Origin: Gammaproteobacteria bacterium
Lineage (GTDB): Bacteria > Pseudomonadota > Gammaproteobacteria > Ga0077536
Reading direction: 5' to 3'
DNA: 64,000 nt
NCBI GenBank assembly: GCA_021773835.1
Contig: JAJFJQ010000062.1
Location: 314,599 to 378,598, forward strand
This document shows, in pieces, positions 1 through 9,334 of the stretch; position 1 is the stretch's first letter, and each line of letters begins with the position of its first letter. The translations under genes were made by a program, and so were the position numbers. The notes beneath the pieces are model-generated. The model was not told where the DNA came from. It searched no databases and saw only the letters and a list, made by a program, of their open reading frames with translations.

Positions 1-1104
1 GCCGATGAGGCACTTATTGGTGGCGACTTCGAGACTTTCGCCCCGCACCAGTGGGATCTTATAAACGCCGGTGCAAGTACCGACGCCGATTTTCGACTCG
101 ATGGAGGCCGACCACGGGAAGCAGTTGTAAGCTCCGGAATCGGTCGTCGCGTGGTTTTTCAGTGCCAAGAACCGCCCGTCGTTATCGACTGCGATAGCCA
201 TGGTGTTGATTTGGTGTTTGGCATGCGTCGCACTGAGCAGGTTCTCCTGGCGGTCTTCGACCCACGAAATCGGTTGTGAAAGTTCACGGGCACACAGGCA
301 AATGACGAGTTCTTCAACGTGCACGTGCGCTTTCTGTCCAAACCCGCCACCGACCTGTGGCGTGATCACCTCGATGGTGTGCTCCGGAATCTGTAGGAAA
401 TTCGCGAGCATTGTGCGCAGGAAGCCCGGGATCTGGGTCGCAGACCAAAACGTGATGAGTCCAGTGGTCCACTCGTGGTTCACGACGCAGCCGCGTGTTT
501 CCATCGGCGATGCGCTTACCCGGTTGTTGTAAAAGACATCCTCAACCACGAGCGCAGCGTTGGCAAAGGTGTCGTCGACATCATGTGCCACCCGCACGTT
601 GTGATGAATGATGTTGTCCGGTATCTCTGCATTGGCGATCGCAGATGCTTCATTAGCCTCAGCGATGTCTGCAACCACCGGTAACTCTTCGTAGTCGATG
701 TCGATAAGCTCGGCTGCATCCTCGGCCAGGCGTCGACTTGCCGCAACAACGATAGCAACTGTTTCGCCGACAAAATGCACGATCTCATGTGCCATTGCGG
801 GCTGTGTCGTATGGACGTAATTGTCGCAATTTTGGCCGGCTCGAACGCCTTGGGTGAATCGTTGTGTGTCGGTCCCGGTCCAAACCAATTCGACCCCGTC
901 CATCGCCGCGGCGGCAGCTACATCGATATGGGTAATTTTCGCGTGTGCGAACGGCGAACGAACGAATGCCGCATGTAGCATTCCAGGTAATGTGATATCC
1001 GCTAGGTAGCGGCCGCGTCCGGTTAGTAGCTTTGGATCTTCCTTGCGTAAAATCGATTGACCGATCGCATTTAGCGGAAATTGTGCGACGTCACTTTTAA
1101 GCAC
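1..1104 (-). CDS. Molybdenum hydroxylase large subunit (CoxL/XdhA family), 3' end truncated by the window edge
   Basis: Not in the ORF track. Manual translation from GTG at 1104 gives MLKSDVAQFPLNAIGQSILRKEDPKLLTGRGRYLADITLPGMLHAAFVRSPFAHAKI, later VGGGFGQK and GVYKIP...VATNKCLIG at the edge. Lies directly after the coxS- and coxM-like genes. Confidence 0.9.
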   Translation of the reverse strand, partial: MLKSDVAQFPLNAIGQSILRKEDPKLLTGRGRYLADITLPGMLHAAFVRSPFAHAKITHIDVAAAAAMDGVELVWTGTDTQRFTQGVRAGQNCDNYVHTTQPAMAHEIVHFVGETVAIVVAASRRLAEDAAELIDIDYEELPVVADIAEANEASAIANAEIPDNIIHHNVRVAHDVDDTFANAALVVEDVFYNNRVSASPMETRGCVVNHEWTTGLITFWSATQIPGFLRTMLANFLQIPEHTIEVITPQVGGGFGQKAHVHVEELVICLCARELSQPISWVEDRQENLLSATHAKHQINTMAIAVDNDGRFLALKNHATTDSGAYNCFPWSASIESKIGVGTCTGVYKIPLVRGESLEVATNKCLIG

Positions 1105-1606
1105 TTTGTTCACCCCGAGCGAAAGCGGCTACTTCGGGGTCGCAAATGGCATCGACAATTGTTTCATAGCCGGTGCAACGGCACAGGTTGCCGGAGATCC
1201 TTTCGCGCACTTCCTCGCGCGTTGGCGTTGGGTTCTCACGCAGTAGTTCGGTCGCGGTGGCGAGAAATCCGGAAGTGCAAAAGCCGCACTGTAATGCATG
1301 GTGGCGGCGAAATGATTCCTGCAGTGGGTTGAGTTCTTTGCCGGTCGCCCAACCTTCGATGGTGCTGATGTCACGCCCTTCGGCTTGTACGCCCAGCATC
1401 AGGCAGGCGCGCGCGGATTTGCCGTCCACCAAGATCGTGCAGGCGCCGCACACGCCGTGCTCGCAGCCGACCTTGGTACCAAGGAGTCCGAGTTCATAAC
1501 GCAGCGCATCGGCAAGGTTTACCCGTGCCTCGGTCGAGAAGGTATAACTTCGACCATTGACTGTCGTGCGGACTTGTATCAATTCGTCTTCTGCAACCCG
1601 TTTCAT
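1097..1606 (-). CDS. Mo-hydroxylase small subunit with 2x[2Fe-2S] clusters (CoxS/CutS family)
   Basis: GCEHGVCGACT, QCGFC and GNLCRCTGY motifs. Confidence 0.95.
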   Translation of the reverse strand: MKRVAEDELIQVRTTVNGRSYTFSTEARVNLADALRYELGLLGTKVGCEHGVCGACTILVDGKSARACLMLGVQAEGRDISTIEGWATGKELNPLQESFRRHHALQCGFCTSGFLATATELLRENPTPTREEVRERISGNLCRCTGYETIVDAICDPEVAAFARGEQSA

Positions 1607-2460
1607 GCCGATTGCTCCATTGCGGCACGCGTTAGCGCGCGTTTAACCATGGTCCCCGCGACTGTGCGGCGATACTCGGCGCTCGCGTGGATATCGCCGT
1701 GCGATTTCAGATCTTGTGTCGCGATTTGCGCGGCCTCTGCGGCGACTCCGGCCGTCACACTCTTACCGACTAAGAAAGTCTCAGCCTCAGTTGCACGCAA
1801 CGGCCGATCGGCGACGCTACCGAGGGTGATGCGAGCTGACTCGCAAGCGCCATTGTTTAGTTTAAGCCCGGCTGCGGCCATCACGAGTGCGAAGTCACCG
1901 GGACGCCGCGCGACTTCTTCGAATGCCCAGCGATGATCGGATATTGGAAACTCGATCGCCGTTAACAATTCGCCAGCTTCAATCGCCGTGGTGAAATGGC
2001 CGCCAAAAAAATCGCTAGCCGCGACCCGACGCTCGCCTTGCTGGTTTACGATGACCATGGTTGCTTCGAGCGCTGTGACGACCAGTGGCATCTCGGCGGC
2101 AGCATCGGCGTGCGCGAGACTACCGCCGATCGTGCCCCGCGTGCGGATCGCTTCATGGGCAACGTGGCGGACCGCCGCGCTCAGCAAGGGTAGGTGTGTT
2201 CGATGCTCGGCGCTTGCAAGATTTTGCGCATGGGTGACCATGGCACCGACTCTAACAACACCATCTCCAACGGTGATGCTTTTCAATTCCTCGAGGTCAT
2301 TTAAGTCGACTAAACAACTTGGCATTGACATGCGCAGCGCCAAAATCGGCAACAGGGTTTGACCACCAGCCAGTGGGCGCGCTTCGTCGTCGCTTGCGAG
2401 TAGCGTTACCGCTTCCTCAACGGTCGCAGGTCTTGCGTATGCAAACGCAGGAAATTTCAT
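1603..2460 (-). CDS. Mo-hydroxylase FAD-binding medium subunit (CoxM/CutM family)
   Basis: MKFPAFAYARP, LAGGQTL, RGTIGGSLAHAD and DIHASAEYRR motifs; 4-bp overlap with the small subunit. Confidence 0.95.
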   Translation of the reverse strand: MKFPAFAYARPATVEEAVTLLASDDEARPLAGGQTLLPILALRMSMPSCLVDLNDLEELKSITVGDGVVRVGAMVTHAQNLASAEHRTHLPLLSAAVRHVAHEAIRTRGTIGGSLAHADAAAEMPLVVTALEATMVIVNQQGERRVAASDFFGGHFTTAIEAGELLTAIEFPISDHRWAFEEVARRPGDFALVMAAAGLKLNNGACESARITLGSVADRPLRATEAETFLVGKSVTAGVAAEAAQIATQDLKSHGDIHASAEYRRTVAGTMVKRALTRAAMEQSA

Positions 2461-2645
2461 TTGGCAGCTCCCCGGGCGATATTATTATCAATCATGACGG
2501 CTGCCCGGTTGGTGGGCACCCGTGTCAATGGCAGCAGACCGACGTACTATAAACTACTGGGATGTATTGATGTACATCGTATTGGCGGCTGGATTGTGCG
2601 CTGCACATTTCCCCCATGCATGATGGCAGCCGCACACAATCCTGT

Positions 2646-3212
2646 CTATTGACCCATTTTCTCGTGGCCGGGTACGTGATTCGGGTGGGCGATTCTATCC
2701 ATCCACGCGAGCAGCACCCCACAGACCGAAACGGCAACCAGGATGACAACCTTCCAGACTAATTGTTGTTCTGAGTAGCTATGGATGTCGAAAAAGACCC
2801 GCAGCAGCTGGATCGCGGCGATGACGGCGATCGAACCGAGCGCCTTTAGCTTCAAGCCATGATAGTCGGTCGAACGCAGCCAGCTCGGGTTGTCCTTTTT
2901 ATCGTCTGAGCCTAAGCGCGAGACAAAATGATCGTAGCCGACGAAAGCAACCATCAACATCAGATTTGCGATGAGGGCCATGTCGATCAACGATAGTACG
3001 ACTAATACCGTCTCGGATTCCGACATCGTGAAGATTGCGGGAATCGCTTCGAATAGTTCGTGAAAAAACTTCACAAGTAACAACACAATCGCCGACAACA
3101 GCCCGATATAGAATGGTGCGAGCAGCCAGCGGCCTAGAAAGATGCCGCTTTCGAGTTTGCGCTCGAGAGGCCCTGCCTCGTGATTGGGTGTCAGATGATC
3201 GAGATCGGCCAT
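2646..3212 (-). CDS. UPF0114/YqhA (TIGR00645-like) membrane protein
   Basis: RWLLAPFYIGL, LSLIDMALIANL, GYDHFVS and LKLK motifs; 4 TM segments. Confidence 0.85.
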   Translation of the reverse strand: MADLDHLTPNHEAGPLERKLESGIFLGRWLLAPFYIGLLSAIVLLLVKFFHELFEAIPAIFTMSESETVLVVLSLIDMALIANLMLMVAFVGYDHFVSRLGSDDKKDNPSWLRSTDYHGLKLKALGSIAVIAAIQLLRVFFDIHSYSEQQLVWKVVILVAVSVCGVLLAWMDRIAHPNHVPGHEKMGQ

Positions 3213-3297
3213 GCATTTATCGTCCGTCGATATTGTGGCGTGTCGTTATAACATCAAGGTCCGAGAGGTGTCTAATCGTCCTCCGGGCCGCATTGTC

Positions 3298-4737
3298 CTA
3301 TGCACAAACTTGCGGTTTTCTGCTATGCCACGGCTGCGCTTGCTCGAGTTCCGCCGCTAGTCGAATTAAGGTCGACTCCTCGCCATAGCGGGCGGTGAAA
3401 TGCAAACCGACGGGAAGACCTTGAGCATTCCAATGTAAGGGAAGCGAGATCGCCGGTTGTCCGGTCGCATTTGCGATGTAGGTGTATGGGGAGAACTTTG
3501 CCATGCGTCGGCGGAGTTCAAACGGGTCGTCTCTATACACAAGTGTCCCGAGTTCGACTGGCGGCTGCCCCAAGGTGGTGGTCAACCACAGATCGTGGTC
3601 CACGTAAAACTCGCTTATATGTCGAATGTGGTGCTGCACATCTTGCAGCGCAAGCAGATATTCCGGTGCGCTCAAGGCGCGCCCACGCTCTGTAAACGCC
3701 CACACAAAAGGTTCGAAATATTCTTCTTTCAATTCTTTATCCAAGCGGCGCGCCCAATCGGCAACGGCCCAAGCGACCCCAATCGCGAGTACCGTGGTGT
3801 AGCGGGTCCAAAATTCGAGCGCATCGTATTGTGGACTCGCCTCAACCACCTCGTGCCCGAGAGACTCACACAGCTTTGCTGTTTCCCGGATCGCTTTTTC
3901 ACAGTCGGGATCTAACGGATCGCCGAGCGGGGTGACGGTTGAATAACCAATCTTGAGGCGTCCGCTCGGTCGGCCGACTTCTTCCGCGTACGGTCTGGTT
4001 GGTGCCGGCGCTAAATACGGTTCACCAATCGCCGGCGGGGTCGCCATAACATCCAACATAACAGCCGCGTCACGCACACTGCGGGTCAGCGCATGCTCGA
4101 CGAAATAGCCGGAGATCACATCGCCGTAATGTGGGCCTAGGGTGGTGCGTCCGCGGGTTGGTTTGAGGCCAACGAGGCCACAGCACGATGCCGGGATCCG
4201 AATTGATCCGCCGACATCATTACCATGGGCTATTGGCACGATCCGCGCGGCGACCGCCGCAGCCGCACCGCCGCTAGAACCACCCGGGGTTCTGTTCGGG
4301 TCCCACGGGTTATGCGTGGCGCCAAAGCGACGTGGTTCGGTGGTTACCCCGATGGCGAATTCGGGCAGGTTGGTTTTGCCGATCGTAATCAGGCCGGCAC
4401 GGCAAAAGCGACGATAGATCTCGCTGTCTTCCTGCGGTATGTAGCCGCTTAGAAAATCGCTGCCTTCATAAAACGGAACACCGGCGACCTCAGCGACGAA
4501 ATCTTTCATTAAAAACGGCACGCCGGCGAACGGACCGTCGCCTAGCGGCTGTTTAGCACGCTCTCTTGCGTGTTCGAACATTTCGGTAATAACGGCATTA
4601 ATCGTGCCATTAACGGACTCGCAGCGGCTGATCGACTCATCGACCAATTCGAGCGCCGCGACTTCCTTTTTTTGTATGAGCGCAGCCAGCGCGAGCGCAT
4701 CGAGGTCACCATAATCAAGAGTACCGTTGGCCATCAC
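3298..4737 (-). CDS. Amidase-signature family amidase
   Basis: [23 protein letters not shown] and [13 protein letters not shown] (Ser-cisSer-Lys triad). Confidence 0.95.
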   Translation of the reverse strand: MMANGTLDYGDLDALALAALIQKKEVAALELVDESISRCESVNGTINAVITEMFEHARERAKQPLGDGPFAGVPFLMKDFVAEVAGVPFYEGSDFLSGYIPQEDSEIYRRFCRAGLITIGKTNLPEFAIGVTTEPRRFGATHNPWDPNRTPGGSSGGAAAAVAARIVPIAHGNDVGGSIRIPASCCGLVGLKPTRGRTTLGPHYGDVISGYFVEHALTRSVRDAAVMLDVMATPPAIGEPYLAPAPTRPYAEEVGRPSGRLKIGYSTVTPLGDPLDPDCEKAIRETAKLCESLGHEVVEASPQYDALEFWTRYTTVLAIGVAWAVADWARRLDKELKEEYFEPFVWAFTERGRALSAPEYLLALQDVQHHIRHISEFYVDHDLWLTTTLGQPPVELGTLVYRDDPFELRRRMAKFSPYTYIANATGQPAISLPLHWNAQGLPVGLHFTARYGEESTLIRLAAELEQAQPWHSRKPQVCA

Positions 4738-4861
4738 TACACTCCTAGTCCTGCGCGGATGTTGAAACGACAGGGATTTATTCTATTGGATGGACCGGAA
4801 CGGTAGGCCAAAGGCCGGCGAAAAACAAATGCTATAGAAGACTTGCCACGTCGTGATCGAT

Positions 4862-6499
4862 TTACGCGTAGCTTGGTTGCGCCAGTAACCAAATACTACA
4901 TGTCGTATAGATGACCATCAGTAACACGAGCGGCAGCTGCCGGCGAATTGCCGACGGATCCTCACGGTACAAATCGAGGGTCACTATATGGGCGAGAAAG
5001 ACCGAGAAAATGTGCCCGCACACAATCATCGCAACCACGCCATACCAGATAATCTGTAAGGATACCGGCTCGGCGGCCACCTCGACTCCGGTATCTAGTG
5101 GGTTCCAATTGATGTTTAGCGAGTCTGAATCCAAGGCCATCACACGCTGCGATGTTTCGATCAAAGTCGTCAGGTAGTGTGCGAGGTGGTAGGCGATCCC
5201 GATCGGCAGTAGGGTTTGGATGTAGCGTGAGGCGAGATGTCTTACCGTCGCGACCTTTTGTCCTGCGGGCCGTAGCCCCGGGCTCAAACGGCTCATCGAC
5301 CAACAGCATGCCAACAGTAGCGTCAGAAACAGCAGCGGCAATGCAAAAAGCATTCCGCTCGCCACCAGGATCACGGGGTCCCAATCCAATTTAGCGGCAG
5401 TTTCAGTAAGCAGGTTTGGGCTGTCTGTCGCAAGCAACGAATCTACCACGCCGCGCCACTGCGACGTTTCGATAAAACCATCGAATGTCACGCTTGCCAA
5501 CAGCAGCATCACGAGCACCGCCATCGACGGCGCTACGGTCCGCTCGTTGAGTAGCCCGGTAGCCGGTGGGCGCAGGTTTAGCTCCCAATGCTTGTGCTCC
5601 AGATGCTCAAGGCAATTGTATCCGTTGATACACTCGGTGCGCCGGTCAATGCAGCTGGTGCTATTGCATCGCTGCAACTCGTCAGAAAATGTGATCCGGA
5701 GTTCGAGCGGCGCGAAGCGGGCAACCAAGCCGAATACAACTGCGAACACTTCCCCGTGTTGTAACCAGACTTCACGTCCGTAAATGACCATGCCGAAAAA
5801 CGACAATGCAGCGTAGCCCAACAGGGCAATTCCGAGATTGGATGGCATCGCCGCACCTAGCCACAGATGCTCTCCCCAAGAAAAGGCAAACAGTAAGATA
5901 ACCGCCGGCCAAACGCCGAGGGTGTCCGGGTAGCGCCGGTTGAGTGACAGCGGGCGTTGGAACAATTTCTTACTTAGCCATTCAATCGTCATGAAGGCGC
6001 TGCGCAGCGGATTGAGCAGCCCCCAAATGTCACCGATGAGCGCAGAGACAAATGCGAGGCCGACCCAAAAGAAGACCCACACTATCGTAGGAGCCGGGTT
6101 GGTCGATGCGTCGTCGTTACCTGTGAGACTAAGAACAATGGTGGCAACGAACATGGCGAGGACCACTATGCGCAAGATCCACAAACTCACACACAGCATC
6201 GGAGCGCCGGGTGAGCGGCTGCTCGCGACAGTGATCCGCGGGTAGTTCAGACCCTTGAGCGCAGGTGGGAGAAAATCGATTACCGCAGTAAATGCCAGGA
6301 TCACGCTTAGTCCTGCGCCAACTATCCATAACCACAAGGGCAGTGACAGATCTAAGCTTTGTCCGAAGCCGTGAGCCGGCACATTCGTCGCCATCGTGCC
6401 AAAGGCCAGGCTTACGCTACAGATGAGCAGGCGACGCGTGAATTTAGTTTGGAGCCAGGTTGTCATGAGTTTGGGGGTATAACGGCCACCGTGAGTCAA
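4862..6499 (-). CDS. Multi-pass membrane protein of unknown function (resembles proteins annotated FedB/'fenitrothion hydrolase'-like)
   Basis: About 11-12 hydrophobic segments; motifs AHGFGQ..DL.LPLWL, NPAPT, LNPLR, SVTFDGF, PIGIAYHLAHY, GHIFSV..AH. Confidence 0.6.
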   Translation of the reverse strand: MTHGGRYTPKLMTTWLQTKFTRRLLICSVSLAFGTMATNVPAHGFGQSLDLSLPLWLWIVGAGLSVILAFTAVIDFLPPALKGLNYPRITVASSRSPGAPMLCVSLWILRIVVLAMFVATIVLSLTGNDDASTNPAPTIVWVFFWVGLAFVSALIGDIWGLLNPLRSAFMTIEWLSKKLFQRPLSLNRRYPDTLGVWPAVILLFAFSWGEHLWLGAAMPSNLGIALLGYAALSFFGMVIYGREVWLQHGEVFAVVFGLVARFAPLELRITFSDELQRCNSTSCIDRRTECINGYNCLEHLEHKHWELNLRPPATGLLNERTVAPSMAVLVMLLLASVTFDGFIETSQWRGVVDSLLATDSPNLLTETAAKLDWDPVILVASGMLFALPLLFLTLLLACCWSMSRLSPGLRPAGQKVATVRHLASRYIQTLLPIGIAYHLAHYLTTLIETSQRVMALDSDSLNINWNPLDTGVEVAAEPVSLQIIWYGVVAMIVCGHIFSVFLAHIVTLDLYREDPSAIRRQLPLVLLMVIYTTCSIWLLAQPSYA

Positions 6500-6605
6500 T
6501 GTTTAAATGCCCGTCTAAAACGCCCCGCACCTCACAGTTGTTTACACTCAAAGCGCTGAATACTATACAGCTAGCCCGTAAGTTACTTGAAGAACGTCAT
6601 CGATT

Positions 6606-7901
6606 TTGGCAGGTTATAACAAGATCATCCCCGGTCCAGATGAGACCACAGATAGTAGTACTAGAATGAATTCTCCTATGGCAATCGATTCTATTGAGCT
6701 ATGGCACAAGGCGCGAATACGCCCGTCGATTGTTTGGCGCTACCGACTGTGGTGTAACGGGCACGCCCGAGCGGTGCTTTTTTCGGGCCTTAAAGATAAG
6801 TCTGAAACCGCCGCTGATCAAATCCACCTAGAGGCCGCTGCCGCGTGGCTCTGTCGCGCCCAGGACCTCAGTGGCGACGGTGGCGTTATCGGGCGCTACC
6901 GACTCGATCGCGGCTGGACAACCTCGTATCCCGAGACCACTGGATACATCATCCCAACGTTTATCAGCCTCGCTGATACGCTTGATCCATCGTATCTGTC
7001 GCGTGCGGCAAAATGCGTCGAGTTTTTACTCGGTATCCAACTCGAATCGGGCGCGTTCCCCGCCGGTGAGATTGGCGCCAATAGGACCAATCCGTCGCCG
7101 TTCAACACAGGCCAGATAATCAATGGATTAGTAGCATGGCATCAGCATAGCGGTGACGCAGTCGTACTTGAGGCGGCGTGTCGTGCAGGTCGATGGTTGG
7201 TCGCCCAGCAGGACGAAGACGGCGCGTGGCGCCAATGGTTCTACCACAACATTCCATCGACCTATAGCGCCCATCTTTCGTGCTGGCTCGCGGAATTGGG
7301 TGCGCATTGCGCCGATCAATCTTTCCTTGACAGCGCCGACCGTCACCTCGATTGGGTGCTGCGGCAACATCGCCCTGAAAATGGTTGGTTCGACAATTGC
7401 GGCTTCACGTCCGAAGTGCAATCGCTGCGTATCGCCGACCTGCATACGATTGCTTATACACTCGCCGGTATGCTCCACCTGGGGCAGGTTCTCGAGCGTG
7501 ACGATGCCGTCGACGCAGTACGGCGCGCTGCCCGCGCGATCGCGAGTGTACTCGAACAGCACAATTGGATACCTGGCGTGTTGGACCACCAATGGCGGGC
7601 ACGGGCAGATTCCGCCTGTCTTACTGGGAACGCACAAATCGCACTTCTGTGGATGGATCTACACCGACTAGACGGCGATGACATGTGGTTAGGATCGGCC
7701 TACCGTGCAATCGAGCTGGTTAAGCAATCACAACTGCTACGCTCATCGAACCCGAACCTTGCCGGTGCGATCCCCGGCCCGGCACCAATGTGGGGTTGGT
7801 ACAACGGCGGCGTTGTACTGAACTGGGCGGCTAAGTTCTTTATTGACGCGTTGTTATCCAAGGCGGCAATCGAAGCGGACCGCCCTGGAGTTGCCGCTTG
7901 A
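6606..7901 (+). CDS. Alpha/alpha-barrel protein with prenyltransferase/squalene-oxidase (QW-like) repeats, function unknown
   Basis: Repeated WL..Q..DG.W-like units (WLCRAQD, FLLGIQLESGAF, WLVAQQDEDGAW, WVLRQHRPENGWF) plus SYPETTGYIIPT, CLTGNAQ and NWAAKFFIDAL. True start probably ATG 6666 or 6678. Confidence 0.7.
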   Translation: MAGYNKIIPGPDETTDSSTRMNSPMAIDSIELWHKARIRPSIVWRYRLWCNGHARAVLFSGLKDKSETAADQIHLEAAAAWLCRAQDLSGDGGVIGRYRLDRGWTTSYPETTGYIIPTFISLADTLDPSYLSRAAKCVEFLLGIQLESGAFPAGEIGANRTNPSPFNTGQIINGLVAWHQHSGDAVVLEAACRAGRWLVAQQDEDGAWRQWFYHNIPSTYSAHLSCWLAELGAHCADQSFLDSADRHLDWVLRQHRPENGWFDNCGFTSEVQSLRIADLHTIAYTLAGMLHLGQVLERDDAVDAVRRAARAIASVLEQHNWIPGVLDHQWRARADSACLTGNAQIALLWMDLHRLDGDDMWLGSAYRAIELVKQSQLLRSSNPNLAGAIPGPAPMWGWYNGGVVLNWAAKFFIDALLSKAAIEADRPGVAA

Positions 7902-9274
7902 TGCAATTCAATGCCACCCACCGACGCTGGCTTGGAGTCTTGCTACTTGGCGTTGTCATCGTCATCAATCCGTGGACCGTGGGCTATTTGCTTACCGAAG
8001 ACGGCGAGATTGGACAGCTCCGGGTCATCGCTATCATTGCGTTGTTTGATTGGAGTTGCCTGCTCGGCGGTCTTCATTTGTTGTTTCGATGGGTCGATCG
8101 AGTAGCGTGGGTCGACACCGTCTCCGACCTTCACGCGGCGGTTGTCGTGGTGTGTGTGGCATTGGCGATTTCGGGTAGCTACTGGGGTATCGCTGCGTTC
8201 AATCGCGGACATCAGCACACGGTTGTCATCCCGGCCGAGATTGAGAATGCCACCGCGGCGCAGCGACAGTGGGCGGAAGCGTTTTACAACCGTTCGCTCG
8301 AGGCAGCATTGAAACACGGTTGGTTTGACCTCGATACGGCGCTTGAACAGGGTTTCCAGCCGGATCGCGTGAACCGGACCCATTATCCCAATCTCGACTA
8401 TATGTTCGATGATGTGATGCTCGATCCGGAGCGACCGGAGTGGTTGGTCTATCACGACTCACCGGACGGTAAGGTCTTAATGGCCTTAATGTTTTTCACC
8501 CGCGAGCTTGAGGAAGTCGGTCCAACACCGGCGGGCCCATTAGCCCAGTGGCATTATCATCCGTATCGAGACATACGCTGTGCTGTCAAAGGCCTATGGA
8601 CGGTCGCTAAAGCCGATAAGGACGGCAAGTGTGCGGAAGGGATCCCCGTTACGCGGACCCCCGAAATGTTCCATGTCTGGTTTATCGACCACCCGCTTGG
8701 CCGATTTACCGAAATGAAGATAGTGCCCGAGTATTGGCAGGACGAGGGGTTCGATATCCGTCTGTGGCATCCCATACTGGTGCACTTTGCCATCGCTTTA
8801 TTCGTAATTTCGGTACTGCTCGATCTCGCAGGTCGACTGACTGGCAGACGCGAATATCATCGAGCGGCGTGGTTCAACCTCGTGCTGGGTGCGCTCGCGA
8901 GTATCGTTACTGTCGGTCTAGGCATGACTGCAGAAGTGTATTCAAGTCCAACGGCGGCGGCCCACGCTACCCTCGATTTACACAAGCTGCTGGCCTTTGG
9001 CTCACTCGCATTGATTTTGCTGTTGCTTGCCTGGCGCTATGCGCTGCGGGGCGAATTCCCGACCCGTGGCGCCCTACTGTATCTCGTGCTGGGCATTACC
9101 GGGATGTCAACGATCGGCGCCGCGGCATATTACGGCGGCGAAATGGTCTATAAACACGGCACTGCGGTACGTGGGATCGATCAATTTTCGCGGGACCGTT
9201 ATTGGAAGCTTGTGAGTGATGTATATCGGGATCCCGAGCGTAGTGGTTTTGCGCCGGCAACTGCGGTGCAGTAA
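7898..9274 (+). CDS. Membrane protein: N-terminal TMs, a His-rich soluble domain, and a C-terminal DUF2231-like membrane domain
   Basis: Central HYPN...DPERPEWLVY...WHYH...MFHVW...HPLGRF; C-terminal HPILVHFAIAL...H...LH...GGEMVYKHG; start overlaps the upstream stop codon. Confidence 0.7.
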   Translation: MMQFNATHRRWLGVLLLGVVIVINPWTVGYLLTEDGEIGQLRVIAIIALFDWSCLLGGLHLLFRWVDRVAWVDTVSDLHAAVVVVCVALAISGSYWGIAAFNRGHQHTVVIPAEIENATAAQRQWAEAFYNRSLEAALKHGWFDLDTALEQGFQPDRVNRTHYPNLDYMFDDVMLDPERPEWLVYHDSPDGKVLMALMFFTRELEEVGPTPAGPLAQWHYHPYRDIRCAVKGLWTVAKADKDGKCAEGIPVTRTPEMFHVWFIDHPLGRFTEMKIVPEYWQDEGFDIRLWHPILVHFAIALFVISVLLDLAGRLTGRREYHRAAWFNLVLGALASIVTVGLGMTAEVYSSPTAAAHATLDLHKLLAFGSLALILLLLAWRYALRGEFPTRGALLYLVLGITGMSTIGAAAYYGGEMVYKHGTAVRGIDQFSRDRYWKLVSDVYRDPERSGFAPATAVQ

Positions 9275-9334
9275 TGACAGTCTGCCGCAAGCGTATTCAG
9301 ACCACGGCATCTATTCGCGCGTGACCACGGGACC

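Noticed and set aside
1071-1094. Apparent frameshift or pseudogene at the coxL start (GTG at 1094 runs into TAA)
   Set aside because: The correct frame starts at GTG 1104 and matches the frame of the motifs at the window edge.
2461-2645. GC-rich hairpin upstream of coxM as a possible Moco riboswitch
   Set aside because: I could not match the conserved Moco RNA motif features by eye; it would need an Rfam/Infernal search.
6606-7901. Squalene-hopene or other class II terpene cyclase
   Set aside because: Too short for a two-domain SHC, lacks DxDD, and no isoprenoid genes are nearby.
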